64,000 nucleotides of DNA. Origin: an uncultured Planctomycetales bacterium. GTDB lineage: Bacteria; Omnitrophota; Gorgyraeia; Gygaellales; Profunditerraquicolaceae. Shown here one piece after another: positions 30,324-40,618 of this stretch (the stretch's first letter is position 1; every line of letters begins with the position of its first letter). The stretch spans positions 26,896 to 90,895 of the forward strand of contig CAZYCL010000007.1 in the NCBI GenBank assembly GCA_964645795.1. The letters run 5' to 3'. A program made the position numbers and the translations under genes. The notes beneath the pieces are model-generated. The model had not been told where the DNA came from and searched no databases. It saw nothing but the letters and a program-made list of their open reading frames with translations.

Positions 30324-32505
30324 GATTCTTCTCTACCCAGGCTTCACGGTCGATCAGAATCTTACGCGGCTTGCTGCCTTCGAAAGGGCCGACCAACCCC
30401 TCCTGCTCCATCATATCGATCATGCGCGCTGCCCGGGTATAACCCAGGCGCATCCTGCGCTGAAGCACCGAAACAGAGGCCTGGTTACTTTCCATTACGA
30501 CCCGCACCGCGTCATCATAGAGCTCATCCTTCTCAGAGCTCGCCAGGCTCGTCTTGTGCTGCCCCTGAAGGATCTCTTCATCATAAACGGGCTCGCCCTG
30601 GGCTTTGATAAAATCTACCACCCTTTCGATCTCTTTATCGCTGACGAGCGTGCCCTGGACGCGAATAAGCTTGGATTCCCCCGGACGCAGGAACAGCATG
30701 TCGCCCCTGCCCAGGAGCTTATCCGCTCCGTTCATATCCAGCACCGTGCGCGAATCTACTTTTGAGGCGACCTTAAAAGAGACGCGCGCGGGAAGGTTGG
30801 CCTTGATCACGCCGGTAATAACATCGACCGAAGGCCTCTGCGTAGCCAGTATCAGATGTATCCCTACCGCCCGCGACAGCTGGGCAAGCCTGGTGACCGC
30901 GTTCTCGATCTGATCGCGCGCCACGCTCATAAGATCGGCAAACTCATCTACCACGACCACGATATAGGGGAGCTTTTCTTCTTTCTGGTTATATGCTTCG
31001 AGGTTGCGCGAGCCGGCTTTGGCCAGCCGCTGATAACGCTCCTCCATTTCATTTACCACCCAATTAAGCGCGGCAGCAGCTTTCTTGGCATCGGTCACTA
31101 CCGGACATAAAAGGTGCGGCATGCCGTTAAATGGCATCAGCTCCACCATCTTGGGATCGATCATCACAAACTTAAGGTCTACGGGAGAAGACTTATACAA
31201 TAAAGCCAGTATCAGAGAGTTTACGCAAACGGTCTTTCCCGAACCGGTGGTGCCGGCAATTAGTATATGCGGCATATCCCCGAGGTCAGTGACTACGGCC
31301 TGGCCGGTGATGTCCTTGCCCAGGGCTAACGCCAGTTTATACTTTGAATCCGCGAACTCGCGGGAAGAAAGCACTTCCTTTAAATAAACAAGGCTGCTCT
31401 GGCTATTGGGGACTTCAACCCCTACCCGGCCTTTACCCGGTATGGGAGCGATGATCCTGACCGACTGTGCCTTCATCGCCAGCGCAATATCATCGCTTAA
31501 GCTTACGATACGGTTAAGCTTGACCCCCGGTGCCGGATCAAGTTCGTAGCGGGTGATCACCGGCCCGCGCTCAATATCCGTCACTTTCACGGAGATGCTA
31601 AAATCCGCTAACGTCTCTTCCAGTATACGAGCGTTGGCTTGGAGGTCGTCCTTTATCTGGCGGGTCTCAAGGGGCGGCGCGGAATCAAGCAGCTCAAGGG
31701 AGGGAAGACGGTAATCGCCCATCTTCTCCTGCGGCCTGAACTTGGGCTCAGAGACCAGGGTGGGTTTTTCCTTTATCTGTATCCGGGGCTTAAGCGGCAG
31801 CGTCTCTTGCGCATCCGGCATGCTTATCCTGGGTTTGGGCTCGACAAACGACTCTATCTTCTCGATAAGGCCGGGTTTGCCCGCGCAGGCGCCTCTAACC
31901 CTGGCTTCCTCGGTCTTTATCCCCTGCGCTTGCGCGCTCTTATTCTTTCTCTTGATTGTCAGGAAAGGCGCAGCTAGGCCTCTTGTTTTCTGCGCGAAGC
32001 TTTTGAACAACGAAGAAATAAGGATATCGGTAACCAGGACCAGGGATAATACCGAGAGCGTGCCGAAGATTATGAAGCCCCCAAGCCTGCCGAAGTAGCG
32101 TCCGACAAATCCCGAGAGCGCCTGGCCCAGGAAGCCGGCGCGGCTGAAACTTAAAGAAGGATTTCCGGTATTTAAAAGACCGACCAGGGAGCTGGCCGAT
32201 AAAAGCAGCACCGCCAACCCCAGCATCTTAGGCAGGCGCATATCGGGTATCTGTTGACGGAAAAGCCTGTACCCCAGAAAAAGGATGAAGGCCGGGATCA
32301 AGTATGCTGCCCAGCCAAAAAGAAAAAAGAACGTGCCGGCAAGCCAGGCTCCGAAGCTCCTTATGAAGTTCACCGGGGGGTTGTTGGGATGCGAGGTATA
32401 AAACGGCAGGTCGAAAGGAGTAAAGGAAATCAGGCTTGCCAGGATTATCAGACTACAGGCAACCAGAATAAAGCCTTTAACCTCATTTACTCTTCTTTCT
32501 TTCAC
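30295..32505 (-). CDS. ftsK: DNA translocase FtsK/SpoIIIE
   Basis: 736 aa with N-terminal TM helices, a linker, a motor domain with Walker A (GTTGSGKT) and a C-terminal gamma (winged-helix) domain. Confidence 0.9.
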   Translation of the reverse strand: MKERRVNEVKGFILVACSLIILASLISFTPFDLPFYTSHPNNPPVNFIRSFGAWLAGTFFFLFGWAAYLIPAFILFLGYRLFRQQIPDMRLPKMLGLAVLLLSASSLVGLLNTGNPSLSFSRAGFLGQALSGFVGRYFGRLGGFIIFGTLSVLSLVLVTDILISSLFKSFAQKTRGLAAPFLTIKRKNKSAQAQGIKTEEARVRGACAGKPGLIEKIESFVEPKPRISMPDAQETLPLKPRIQIKEKPTLVSEPKFRPQEKMGDYRLPSLELLDSAPPLETRQIKDDLQANARILEETLADFSISVKVTDIERGPVITRYELDPAPGVKLNRIVSLSDDIALAMKAQSVRIIAPIPGKGRVGVEVPNSQSSLVYLKEVLSSREFADSKYKLALALGKDITGQAVVTDLGDMPHILIAGTTGSGKTVCVNSLILALLYKSSPVDLKFVMIDPKMVELMPFNGMPHLLCPVVTDAKKAAAALNWVVNEMEERYQRLAKAGSRNLEAYNQKEEKLPYIVVVVDEFADLMSVARDQIENAVTRLAQLSRAVGIHLILATQRPSVDVITGVIKANLPARVSFKVASKVDSRTVLDMNGADKLLGRGDMLFLRPGESKLIRVQGTLVSDKEIERVVDFIKAQGEPVYDEEILQGQHKTSLASSEKDELYDDAVRVVMESNQASVSVLQRRMRLGYTRAARMIDMMEQEGLVGPFEGSKPRKILIDREAWVEKNLVPGQEEER

Positions 32506-32532
32506 AATTTAAACAGTATAGCGAAAGAATAT

Positions 32533-34617
32533 TTATGAACCTTCGGCAGGGACCTGTTTCTTGCTTAAGTTTATACGCCCCAGCTCGTCGATATTGACTA
32601 CCTTGACCTTGATCTCGTCGCCGACCTTGACCACATCTTCGACGCTCTTGACAAAACGCTCGGATAGCTCCGAGACGTGGACCAGGCCCTCTTTACCCGG
32701 GGCTATCTCGCAGAACGCGCCGAAGTTGGTGACGCGCTTGACCTTGGCCGGATAAACCCTGCCCACTTCCACCTCATCGGTAATGGCCTTGATCATCCGG
32801 ATCGCCGCCTCTGACTTGGCGGGATCATCCGAGGCAACCATAACGCTGCCGTCATCCTCTATGTCGATAGAGGCGCCTGTCTGGGCGATTATCTTCTTAA
32901 TGTTCTTGCCCCCCGGACCGATCAGCTCGCCGATCTTCTCGGGATTAACCTTCAATACGTCTATGCGCGGGGCAAAACTGGAGAGCTGTTTGCGCGACTC
33001 GGAAAGGACGGCTTTCATCTTATCAAGGATAAAAATCCTTCCTTCCCTGGATTGCATAAGGCAGCTCGTAAGCAATTCAAAGCTTATGCCGTCGATCTTC
33101 AGGTCAAGCTGCACCGCCGTTACTCCGGACTTGGTCCCGGCGACCTTGAAATCCATATCTCCGAAATGGTCCTCAAGACCGGTAATATCGCTAAGTATCG
33201 CGCTCTTCTCGCCGTCTTTAACCAACCCCAAGGCGATGCCGGCGACCGCGTCTTTTATGGGCACGCCCGCATCCATTAACGATAGCGTCGCCGCGCATAC
33301 CGTAGCCATGCTTGAGGAACCGTTGGATTCAAGGATCTCGGATACGACCCTGACGGTATAAGGGAATTTATCTTTTGTGGGCATGACCACGGATAGGGCC
33401 TTCTCGGCAAGCGCGCCATGGCCGATCTCCCTGCGCCCCGGGCCGCGGATGGGGCCGGTCTCTCCTACGCTAAAAGGTGGAAAAGTGTAGTGGAGCATAA
33501 AAGTCTTATAGCTTTGCCCCTCCAGGGCCTCGATCATCTGTTCGTCATCTCCGGTACCAAGGGTAGTAACGGCAAGGCTCTGGGTCTGGCCGCGGGTAAA
33601 CAGGCTTGAACCGTGGGTACGCGGGAGAACCGAAACTTCGCATGTTATAGGCCTGATCTCTTTGAAATCGCGCTTATCTACACGCAAGCCGTCATCAAGT
33701 ATTTGCCTGCGCACCTGCTCCTGCTCCACCTGCACGAGGGCGGACTTGACGTCTTCGGCGTCAAATCCTTCTTCAGCAAACTTCTTTTCCAGTTCCGCGG
33801 AAAGAAGATCGACAGCATCCTCCCTGTCTTCTTTCTTGGATATCTTATATACCTCTTTCAATTTCTGCTTAGCCAATCCTTCGACCTTCTGCAAAAGCGC
33901 CGGATCAGTCTTCCTTAGTTCGATCTTGGCCTTTTCTCTTCCGAATTTCCTTTGAAACTCTACCAGCAGCTCAAGTATGCCCTTGGCGTTTTCCATGCCG
34001 AATTTGACCGCCTCCAAATACACTTCTTCAGAGACTTCCCTGGCCTTGGACTCCAGCATCATCACGCCCTTGGAATTTATTACCACCATTACCTCAAGCT
34101 CCGCCTTCTCAATCTGGGCATAAGTAGGATTCAATATAAATTGCCCCTCAACCCTGGCCACGCGACAGGCTGCCAGCGGCCCGTTAAAAGGTATATCGGA
34201 TATCATAAGCGCAGCAGAAGCTCCGATCAGGGCCAGCACATCCGGATCATTTTTTCCGTCGCTGGATAAAACTATCGCCACCACCTGCACGTCATTGAAC
34301 ATTCCTTTCGGGAATAGCGGGCGTATGGGCCGGTCAATGAGGCGGGACGTCAGTATTTCGCTCTCCGAAGGCCTGCCCTCACGTTTGAAAAATCCGCCGG
34401 GTATCCTGCCGGCGGCGTAAGTCTTCTCCTGGTATTCAACGGTAAGAGGGAAAAAATCCTGGCCTTCTCTTACCTGCTTGGACATACAAGCGGTCACCAG
34501 TACAACCGTGCCGCCATACTGCACGGTAACCGAGCCGCCTGCCTGCTTGGCCAGACTTCCCGTGCCTAAAACAAGCTCTTCGCTGCCGAATTTGTATTTG
34601 AGTTCGTTATTCTGCAT
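32533..34617 (-). CDS. pnp: polyribonucleotide nucleotidyltransferase (PNPase)
   Basis: 694 aa with two RNase PH domains, KH and S1 domains. It lies downstream of rpsO, the classical arrangement. Confidence 0.95.
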   Translation of the reverse strand: MQNNELKYKFGSEELVLGTGSLAKQAGGSVTVQYGGTVVLVTACMSKQVREGQDFFPLTVEYQEKTYAAGRIPGGFFKREGRPSESEILTSRLIDRPIRPLFPKGMFNDVQVVAIVLSSDGKNDPDVLALIGASAALMISDIPFNGPLAACRVARVEGQFILNPTYAQIEKAELEVMVVINSKGVMMLESKAREVSEEVYLEAVKFGMENAKGILELLVEFQRKFGREKAKIELRKTDPALLQKVEGLAKQKLKEVYKISKKEDREDAVDLLSAELEKKFAEEGFDAEDVKSALVQVEQEQVRRQILDDGLRVDKRDFKEIRPITCEVSVLPRTHGSSLFTRGQTQSLAVTTLGTGDDEQMIEALEGQSYKTFMLHYTFPPFSVGETGPIRGPGRREIGHGALAEKALSVVMPTKDKFPYTVRVVSEILESNGSSSMATVCAATLSLMDAGVPIKDAVAGIALGLVKDGEKSAILSDITGLEDHFGDMDFKVAGTKSGVTAVQLDLKIDGISFELLTSCLMQSREGRIFILDKMKAVLSESRKQLSSFAPRIDVLKVNPEKIGELIGPGGKNIKKIIAQTGASIDIEDDGSVMVASDDPAKSEAAIRMIKAITDEVEVGRVYPAKVKRVTNFGAFCEIAPGKEGLVHVSELSERFVKSVEDVVKVGDEIKVKVVNIDELGRINLSKKQVPAEGS

Positions 34618-34651
34618 GTTTTTTTATTTTTTGTATGGATAAAACCGGAGA

Positions 34652-34930
34652 CTACTTTCTCAGATTAAGTTTTTCCAGAACTTCTTCGTATTTTTTGACG
34701 TCTCTTTTCTTAAGATAGCTGAGGAGCCGGCGGCGCCTACCAACCAAGGAAAGCAGCCCGCGGCGGGAATGGAAATCATTCTTGTGGTTCTTGAAATGAT
34801 CCCCCAGGGTGTTGATCCTCTCGGTAAGTATGGCGATCTGGACTTCCGTTGAGCCGGTATCGCGCGCGTGGGTCTTGAACTCATCGATGATCTTTTCTTT
34901 TCTTTCTTTCAACAAAACCAACTTTCTCAC
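34652..34930 (-). CDS. rpsO: 30S ribosomal protein S15
   Basis: 92 aa with S15 signatures ([17 protein letters not shown]...HSRRGLL). Confidence 0.9.
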   Translation of the reverse strand: MRKLVLLKERKEKIIDEFKTHARDTGSTEVQIAILTERINTLGDHFKNHKNDFHSRRGLLSLVGRRRRLLSYLKKRDVKKYEEVLEKLNLRK

Positions 34931-35008
34931 CTCCTTAATATATTTGTCGAATCATTATACGCGAATTCCAATATTTAGTCAATAAATTCTCTATTATATA
35001 GGATCGGA

Positions 35009-35620
35009 TCAGAAAAGGTCTTCCATGGCCTTGCCGGCCACGTCTTTCATCGAGGGCATGGCAGTCGAGAACTTACTGTAGCCTGCGGGGAGCTCGAATA
35101 AGTGCGGTGCTTGCTTGCCTATGCGGATATTCCTGTACTCTACTGACCAGCTGCCGTTGACTGCGGCGCTCTTCACCGGAACGGCTAAATCCGGGATAAA
35201 CCACTGGTAAATAGTGTCTTTCCTTCCCTTATAAACATAAGTCACCTGGAATTTCTGGGCAGGCTTACCGTCTAATGCCTCCTGCCCCAAGGGCTTACGC
35301 TCTATCTCGCCTTCGATCCTGGCCGAAGAAGAAGCTAAAGTCTTGTAATCTATGGGCTGCTCCATATACATCTTTTCCGATGGCATGACCACCCACACCA
35401 GATTCTTGTCCGGACGGCTGATGCTTATGGCCTCCTGCATCTCTACGCGTATCTTATCGCCGCTTACGTATACTTTGCCGCTGGTCGAGTTACGGCCGCT
35501 TTTGGATACCATCTCTGCACAGAAATCGCTGGCCTGGCTGGCGCATCCGCCAAAAGCCAGCGTAACTGCCGCCAGGGCCAAAAAGCTTGCTAATCCCTTT
35601 CTCATCATATCTAAAGACAT
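35009..35620 (-). CDS. hypothetical lipoprotein
   Basis: 203 aa with a signal peptide plus lipobox (LAFGGC) and a beta-rich body. No confident family assignment. Confidence 0.5.
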   Translation of the reverse strand: MSLDMMRKGLASFLALAAVTLAFGGCASQASDFCAEMVSKSGRNSTSGKVYVSGDKIRVEMQEAISISRPDKNLVWVVMPSEKMYMEQPIDYKTLASSSARIEGEIERKPLGQEALDGKPAQKFQVTYVYKGRKDTIYQWFIPDLAVPVKSAAVNGSWSVEYRNIRIGKQAPHLFELPAGYSKFSTAMPSMKDVAGKAMEDLF

Positions 35621-35664
35621 AGTTTTATAATTTTAACACAAAATCTTATTTATGCAATCTATTA

Positions 35665-36453
35665 TTACGGGATCCCGAGCAATGCCCGGGCATTAAGCGA
35701 GAGTATCCTTTCCTTGAGCGCCTGCGGCACACCAAGGCCTTTTAAGCAGTCAAGGTCCTTTTTCTGGTCGACCAGCGGGAAGTCCGTGCCGAAAAGGATC
35801 CTGTCCGGAGGATGAGAGAGAATAAAGCTTTTGACCTCATCTGCGGGCAGATGTCCGAAGAAAAAAGCGGTATCTACGTATATATTCTTGCCTAAAATGT
35901 GCTTGCGCACCTCATCCCAGAGCTGAAACCCTCCGAAATGCCCTGCGATGATCTTCAGGCGCGGGAAATCAACGCTTAACTTCAATATTCTTTCCGGTGA
36001 AGAACGAACCAGCTTTGTTCCGGAAAGCTCCTTGCCGCAATGAAAAAGCACCGGGATCCCCAGGGCCTCCATCTCTTCATACACCGGGTAAAAAGAAGGC
36101 TCATCCACGTAAAAATCCTGGAACTCCGGCTGGAACTTCACCCCGTCCCCTCGCTTTTTTATCCTGGCCAGCTCCTGTTTCCAAGGCTCGTATTCCGGAT
36201 GCAGGGCGCAGAATACGCGAAGCCTTTCTGACCTCACGCCGAAAAGCCAGTCGTTTATCGAGGGGACCTGCTCGGGCTTCGTCGCTACTGCGCAGACCAC
36301 GCTTATATCGATGCCGTTCTTATCCATGTAGGCGCGCAGGGTATCAATGGTCGGCTCGCCGACAAGCTTGAGCCGGAAGGAATCTTCGAGGCTCTCTCTT
36401 GCCCTGTCGCTGACCTTATCCGGCCAGGCATGGGTATGGACATCGATGATCAT
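35665..36453 (-). CDS. amidohydrolase-2 (TIM-barrel metal-dependent hydrolase) family protein
   Basis: 262 aa with an N-terminal HxH (IDVHTHAW) and a C-terminal Asp ligand (FGTDFP). It overlaps the ACT gene by 1 nt and is the last gene of the ior/paaK operon. Confidence 0.75.
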   Translation of the reverse strand: MIIDVHTHAWPDKVSDRARESLEDSFRLKLVGEPTIDTLRAYMDKNGIDISVVCAVATKPEQVPSINDWLFGVRSERLRVFCALHPEYEPWKQELARIKKRGDGVKFQPEFQDFYVDEPSFYPVYEEMEALGIPVLFHCGKELSGTKLVRSSPERILKLSVDFPRLKIIAGHFGGFQLWDEVRKHILGKNIYVDTAFFFGHLPADEVKSFILSHPPDRILFGTDFPLVDQKKDLDCLKGLGVPQALKERILSLNARALLGIP

Positions 36454-36881
36454 TAGAAAGGAAGCTGGCCGTCAGCCAGTATCTTAAAGCCGCTCTTAGA
36501 AAGCAGGTTTGCGGCCTTTTTCATATTTTTGGCCTCAAACTCCAGACAGCAAACCCCGCGCCTCTCTACCCCCACAAAACCGTGCGCGTCGATTATGTTG
36601 ACTTTATTTTTAAGTAAAACAGAGGTGAGCTTATAGAGATTGCCCGGCTTGTCTTTTATCGAAATAAAGAGCGCCTCCTTAAGGGCGCAGGCAAAACCCT
36701 CATTTGCCAGGACCAGATGCGCTTTATCGGGATAATCAACCATCAGCTTCATCATGCCGAAATCTCCCCTGTCCTGGATGGTAAAGGCGACTATGTTGAT
36801 TTTTTTATCGGTAAGTATCCTGGTGACTGAATTGAGCCTGCCCGGACGATTGTCGATGAATACGTTCAATAACTTAGCCAT
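36453..36881 (-). CDS. ACT domain protein (paired with phenylacetate-CoA ligase)
   Basis: 142 aa with two ACT-like beta-alpha-beta-beta-alpha-beta halves. It follows paaK. Confidence 0.7.
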   Translation of the reverse strand: MAKLLNVFIDNRPGRLNSVTRILTDKKINIVAFTIQDRGDFGMMKLMVDYPDKAHLVLANEGFACALKEALFISIKDKPGNLYKLTSVLLKNKVNIIDAHGFVGVERRGVCCLEFEAKNMKKAANLLSKSGFKILADGQLPF

Positions 36882-36934
36882 GATCTTCCTCCCATCATTC
36901 TCTTGCTGACCAGCCTATCTTTTGTGGCGCGTCC

Positions 36935-36987
36935 CCAAACCCGCAACAGACAACCCGTAACCCGTAACACATAACACGTAACAAATA
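36935..36987 (-). repeat. tandem degenerate 9-bp repeats (ACCCGTAAC-like x5) in the paaK-ACT intergenic leader
   Basis: The plus strand reads acccgcaac...acccgtaac-ccgtaac-acataac-acgtaac just upstream of the ACT gene start at 36881. Confidence 0.4.
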
Positions 36988-36988
36988 A

Positions 36989-38299
36989 TTATATCTTAGT
37001 TCGATTATCAACCACGCGCTTGGCCTTGCCTTCGAATACCGGCAGGCTTCCGGGTTCATGCAACTCGACGATGGGGTTGAGGACTATGGAAGCGCGCAGG
37101 TTATCCTTAATCTTATCCTTTAGGGAATCGAGCTGCGAGATATCGCCTTTGAACATCTTAGAGTAGATCTCGGCCTTGACTATAAGCTTATCCAGGGCGC
37201 CGTCTTTCTCCAGGCATACCTGATAGTTATTGCCTACTTCCGGAATGCGCATTATCACTTCTTCTATCTGAGAAGGGAAGACGTTGACCCCGTTTACAAT
37301 AAGCATATCGTCGGTCCTGCCGACGATCCTGGAGAGCCTGCGGTGGGTCCTCTTGCAACGGCAGGGGCCCTTGTAGATCATAGCCAGGTCCCTGGTCCGG
37401 TAGCGCAGTATGGGGCTAGCTTTCCTTTTTAAAGTAGTAAGCACTATCTCCCCCTCTTTTTCATCACCCAGGCTCCTGCCGCTTCTGGGATCGATGATCT
37501 CCAGGATATAAGCGTCTTCCCAGGTATGCATCCCGCACTTATAGACACACTCGAAGCTCACCCCCGGACCGTTCATCTCGCTTAAACCGTAAGAATTATA
37601 GACGTCGATGGAAAAGAGCTTTTCGACCTTCTTGCGGGTATTCTCGGAGTACGGCTCAGCACCAAGATAGGCCTTTTTAAGACAGAAATCCTCCGTTTTG
37701 AAACCGAACTCATCGAGCTTGGAGGCGATATGCAGCATGTAGCTTGGGGTAGCATGGACTATGGTAGTACGGAAATCCTTCAGCAACTGAAGCTGGCGCA
37801 GGGTATTGCCGGGTCCGGCTGGTATGATGGTCAGCCCCACCCTCTCCGCCCCGTAATGCAATCCGAGCCCTCCGGTAAAGAGGCCGTAGGTCATCATATT
37901 CTGGAAAACGTCTTCTTTGGACGCGCCGCTGGCTACTATGCTGCGCGCCACCAGCTCTGTCCAGCTGTCCAGGTCGCTCTTAGTGTGATATATCACCGTA
38001 GGGGTGCCGGTGGTCCCGCTAGAGGTATGGACCCGGACCACCTCAGACTTGTTTACCGCCAGCAACCCTTCGGGATAACACTCTCTAAGGTCGTCTTTAG
38101 TGGTAAACGGGATCCTCTCCAGGTCTTCCAGGCTCTTGATGTCATCGCCGCAGATGATCCCCGCCCTCTTCAGCCGCCTTTTATAGAAATCGGTCTTTAA
38201 GGCCTGATGGACAGTATCGCGCAGCTGTTTTAACTGCAGGGTCTTAAGAGAGCTGCGCTCGATTGTCTCTAACTCGGCATCGCGGTATAGAAGCTCCAC
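36989..38299 (-). CDS. paaK: phenylacetate--CoA ligase family protein (PaaK/F390 synthetase-like adenylate-forming enzyme), copy 1
   Basis: 436 aa with AMP-binding core motifs (TSGTTGTPT; YGLSE) and PaaK-family length and N-terminus. Confidence 0.85.
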   Translation of the reverse strand: MELLYRDAELETIERSSLKTLQLKQLRDTVHQALKTDFYKRRLKRAGIICGDDIKSLEDLERIPFTTKDDLRECYPEGLLAVNKSEVVRVHTSSGTTGTPTVIYHTKSDLDSWTELVARSIVASGASKEDVFQNMMTYGLFTGGLGLHYGAERVGLTIIPAGPGNTLRQLQLLKDFRTTIVHATPSYMLHIASKLDEFGFKTEDFCLKKAYLGAEPYSENTRKKVEKLFSIDVYNSYGLSEMNGPGVSFECVYKCGMHTWEDAYILEIIDPRSGRSLGDEKEGEIVLTTLKRKASPILRYRTRDLAMIYKGPCRCKRTHRRLSRIVGRTDDMLIVNGVNVFPSQIEEVIMRIPEVGNNYQVCLEKDGALDKLIVKAEIYSKMFKGDISQLDSLKDKIKDNLRASIVLNPIVELHEPGSLPVFEGKAKRVVDNRTKI

Positions 38300-38300
38300 G

Positions 38301-38732
38301 CTATAACCCTTTCATCTCGTCTTTTCCTACCACTTTGATCTTGTGTTTCTTGAGGACCGTGATAGCCTTATCCGCATCCTCGAAACGAAAGACCAGAAGC
38401 GCTTTATCCGAGTGCTTTTCCACAAACCCGTACATATACTCAACGTTAATGCGGCCGGCCGACAGGATCTCCAGGATCCTTGCCAGCCCTCCCGGCTCAT
38501 CTGCCACCTCGACTGCCACGATATCCGTAAGATTGGCTACGAATCCGGACCCCTTTAACGCCTTCATCGCTTGCCGGGGTTTATCGACTACGATCCTTAA
38601 TATCCCAAACTCCTCGCTCTCGGCGACGGTCAGGGCGCGGATGTTAATCCTGCTCTTTCCCAAGAGATCGCAGACCTCGAATAACCGCCCCTTCCTGTTT
38701 TCGAGAAAAATTGAAATTTGAGTGAGTTTCAT
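38301..38732 (-). CDS. ACT domain protein (paired with phenylacetate-CoA ligase), copy 2
   Basis: 143 aa, paralogous in size and architecture to the 36453-36881 protein. It follows the second paaK. Confidence 0.7.
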   Translation of the reverse strand: MKLTQISIFLENRKGRLFEVCDLLGKSRINIRALTVAESEEFGILRIVVDKPRQAMKALKGSGFVANLTDIVAVEVADEPGGLARILEILSAGRINVEYMYGFVEKHSDKALLVFRFEDADKAITVLKKHKIKVVGKDEMKGL

Positions 38733-38758
38733 AACTCCTCCTTGATATTCGGGGACAA

Positions 38759-38826
38759 CAAGTCAGCGCGTCACCAAGTCAGCGGCACTCGACTGGTAAC
38801 CTGGTGACTTTGTGACCTGGTGACCG
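38759..38826 (-). repeat. two pairs of 10-bp direct repeats with 16-bp period in the paaK2-ACT2 intergenic leader
   Basis: CAAGTCAGCG occurs at 38759 and 38775; ACCTGGTGAC occurs at 38799 and 38815. A GTCACC/GGTGAC inverted relationship links the two pairs. Confidence 0.4.
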
Positions 38827-38830
38827 TTAT

Positions 38831-40132
38831 CTACATCACTCTTTTATCGACTACCCTCTTGGCCTTGCCTTCGCTCCTGGCGATGCTCTTAGGCTCGACA
38901 AGCTTTATCTTAGCCGATACGCCCAGTACCGACTCGATCTCCTTGCGGATCTTCTCGGATAGCTCCTGCAACTTCTTTATCTCGTCGGAGAAGAATTTAT
39001 TCTCCACCTCCACATGCACCTCCAGCTCATCAAGCCCGGCTGCCTTGCGCTCTACTACCAACTGATAATGCGGCTGCGTGCCTTCGATGCCCAGGAGCAC
39101 ATGCTCAATCTGCGACGGAAAAACATTGATCCCGCGCACGATTATCATATCATCGGTGCGGCCGGTGATCTTGGAGATACGCGGAGAAGTCCTGCCGCAG
39201 CGGCATTTGGCATAATTGATGTTTACGATATCGCGGGTGCGGTACCTTAACAGAGGGATGCCTTTCTTGGTAAGGGTCGTAATTACCAGCTCTCCGCTCT
39301 CGCCCTCTTTTACGTGCTTACCTGTTTTAGGGTCGATCACTTCGGGGTAAAAAACATCCCAAAAAATATGCAAACCGTTCTTATTGGCGCATTCCTGGGC
39401 CACGCCCGGACCGATGATCTCGGACAGCCCGTAGACATCGGTTGCCAGCATGTTCCAGGTCTTCTCTATTTCTTTGCGCATTTCGTTACTCCAGGGCTCG
39501 GCCCCGAATACACCCACTTCCCAGCTGGAGTCCCTGGGGTCAAGCCCCATTTCGCGCGCCTCCTCCGACATATACAGGCAGTAACTTGGGGTACATGCCA
39601 GTATCCGGGGCTTGAAGTCCGTCATAAGTTTAAGTTGCCGCTTGGTCTGGCCGGAAGAAGCGGGTATTATGGTAAGCCCCATCTTAAGCGCGCCGTAATG
39701 GAATCCTAATCCCCCGGTAAACAGGCCGTAGCCGTAGGCGATCTGAATAATGTCATCCGGTTTTGCGCCGGCACAGCAAAGGACCCGGGCCATCACCTCG
39801 CCCCAAAGATCCAGGTCTTCCCTGGTATAGCCGACTACCGTAGGATTGCCGGTTGTGCCGCTTGAGACATGCATCTCTTTGATTTCGTTTAACGGCAGAG
39901 AAAAGAGCCCGAAAGGATAATTATCGCGCATATCATCCTTGGTCGTAAAAGGCAGCTTTGTTATATCGGCGATGCCTTTTATATCCAGGGGCCCGACCCC
40001 GAAGCTGTTAAGCTTTTTCTTATACGCCGGACAGTGATTGTAAACATAGCTGACGGTATCGCGCAGGCGTTCAGACTGGATATTCTTAAGGTCTTCGCAA
40101 GCCATGCATTCGAACTTTTCGTTCCAGATCAT
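38831..40132 (-). CDS. paaK: phenylacetate--CoA ligase family protein, copy 2
   Basis: 433 aa with the same motif set as copy 1 (SSGTTGNPT; YGLSE). It overlaps iorB by 4 nt. Confidence 0.85.
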   Translation of the reverse strand: MIWNEKFECMACEDLKNIQSERLRDTVSYVYNHCPAYKKKLNSFGVGPLDIKGIADITKLPFTTKDDMRDNYPFGLFSLPLNEIKEMHVSSGTTGNPTVVGYTREDLDLWGEVMARVLCCAGAKPDDIIQIAYGYGLFTGGLGFHYGALKMGLTIIPASSGQTKRQLKLMTDFKPRILACTPSYCLYMSEEAREMGLDPRDSSWEVGVFGAEPWSNEMRKEIEKTWNMLATDVYGLSEIIGPGVAQECANKNGLHIFWDVFYPEVIDPKTGKHVKEGESGELVITTLTKKGIPLLRYRTRDIVNINYAKCRCGRTSPRISKITGRTDDMIIVRGINVFPSQIEHVLLGIEGTQPHYQLVVERKAAGLDELEVHVEVENKFFSDEIKKLQELSEKIRKEIESVLGVSAKIKLVEPKSIARSEGKAKRVVDKRVM

Positions 40133-40617
40133 GATCTCTTTCCTCTCCCCAGCAAAAATATCCTTTTGTTTTCTTGAAGGTTCTTTGCGCTGAATACCGC
40201 TTCAAGGCCCCTTATCCAGCTCTTCTCTTTTATCTTTAAATACCTTGATAGGATGCCTACCAGGAAAGTGTTCAAATAACGCCTGTCTTCTAAGGTCTTT
40301 TGCGCTTGCTCCAGGTATCGCGAAAGATCCCTGCCTGTCCCGGACTTAAGAAAGCCTCTCAGGCGCTCTCCTTCATCCTTATAAAATGATACCAGGTAAT
40401 GGGCCTGGCCACAAGGTATAAGTGGCGAATAAACCGCTTTGCCGAACCTCAGATGCGATTCAACCGAGCCGCCGCGCTGGGCCATGCCATGCACCTCGGA
40501 TTTCTTGACATGATATCCTTCATATACCGCTGCCCAGGCGCAGAGTTCGCTGGCGGTCAGGACCCCCTGGCCTCCTATGCCACAGAACAGTATATTGACC
40601 GTCTCTATATTCTTCAT
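40129..40617 (-). CDS. iorB: indolepyruvate:ferredoxin oxidoreductase subunit beta
   Basis: 162 aa with a pyruvate/ketoisovalerate oxidoreductase gamma-type fold signature (ILFCGIGGQGV). It lies immediately downstream of iorA. Confidence 0.8.
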   Translation of the reverse strand: MKNIETVNILFCGIGGQGVLTASELCAWAAVYEGYHVKKSEVHGMAQRGGSVESHLRFGKAVYSPLIPCGQAHYLVSFYKDEGERLRGFLKSGTGRDLSRYLEQAQKTLEDRRYLNTFLVGILSRYLKIKEKSWIRGLEAVFSAKNLQENKRIFLLGRGKRS

Positions 40618-40618
40618 C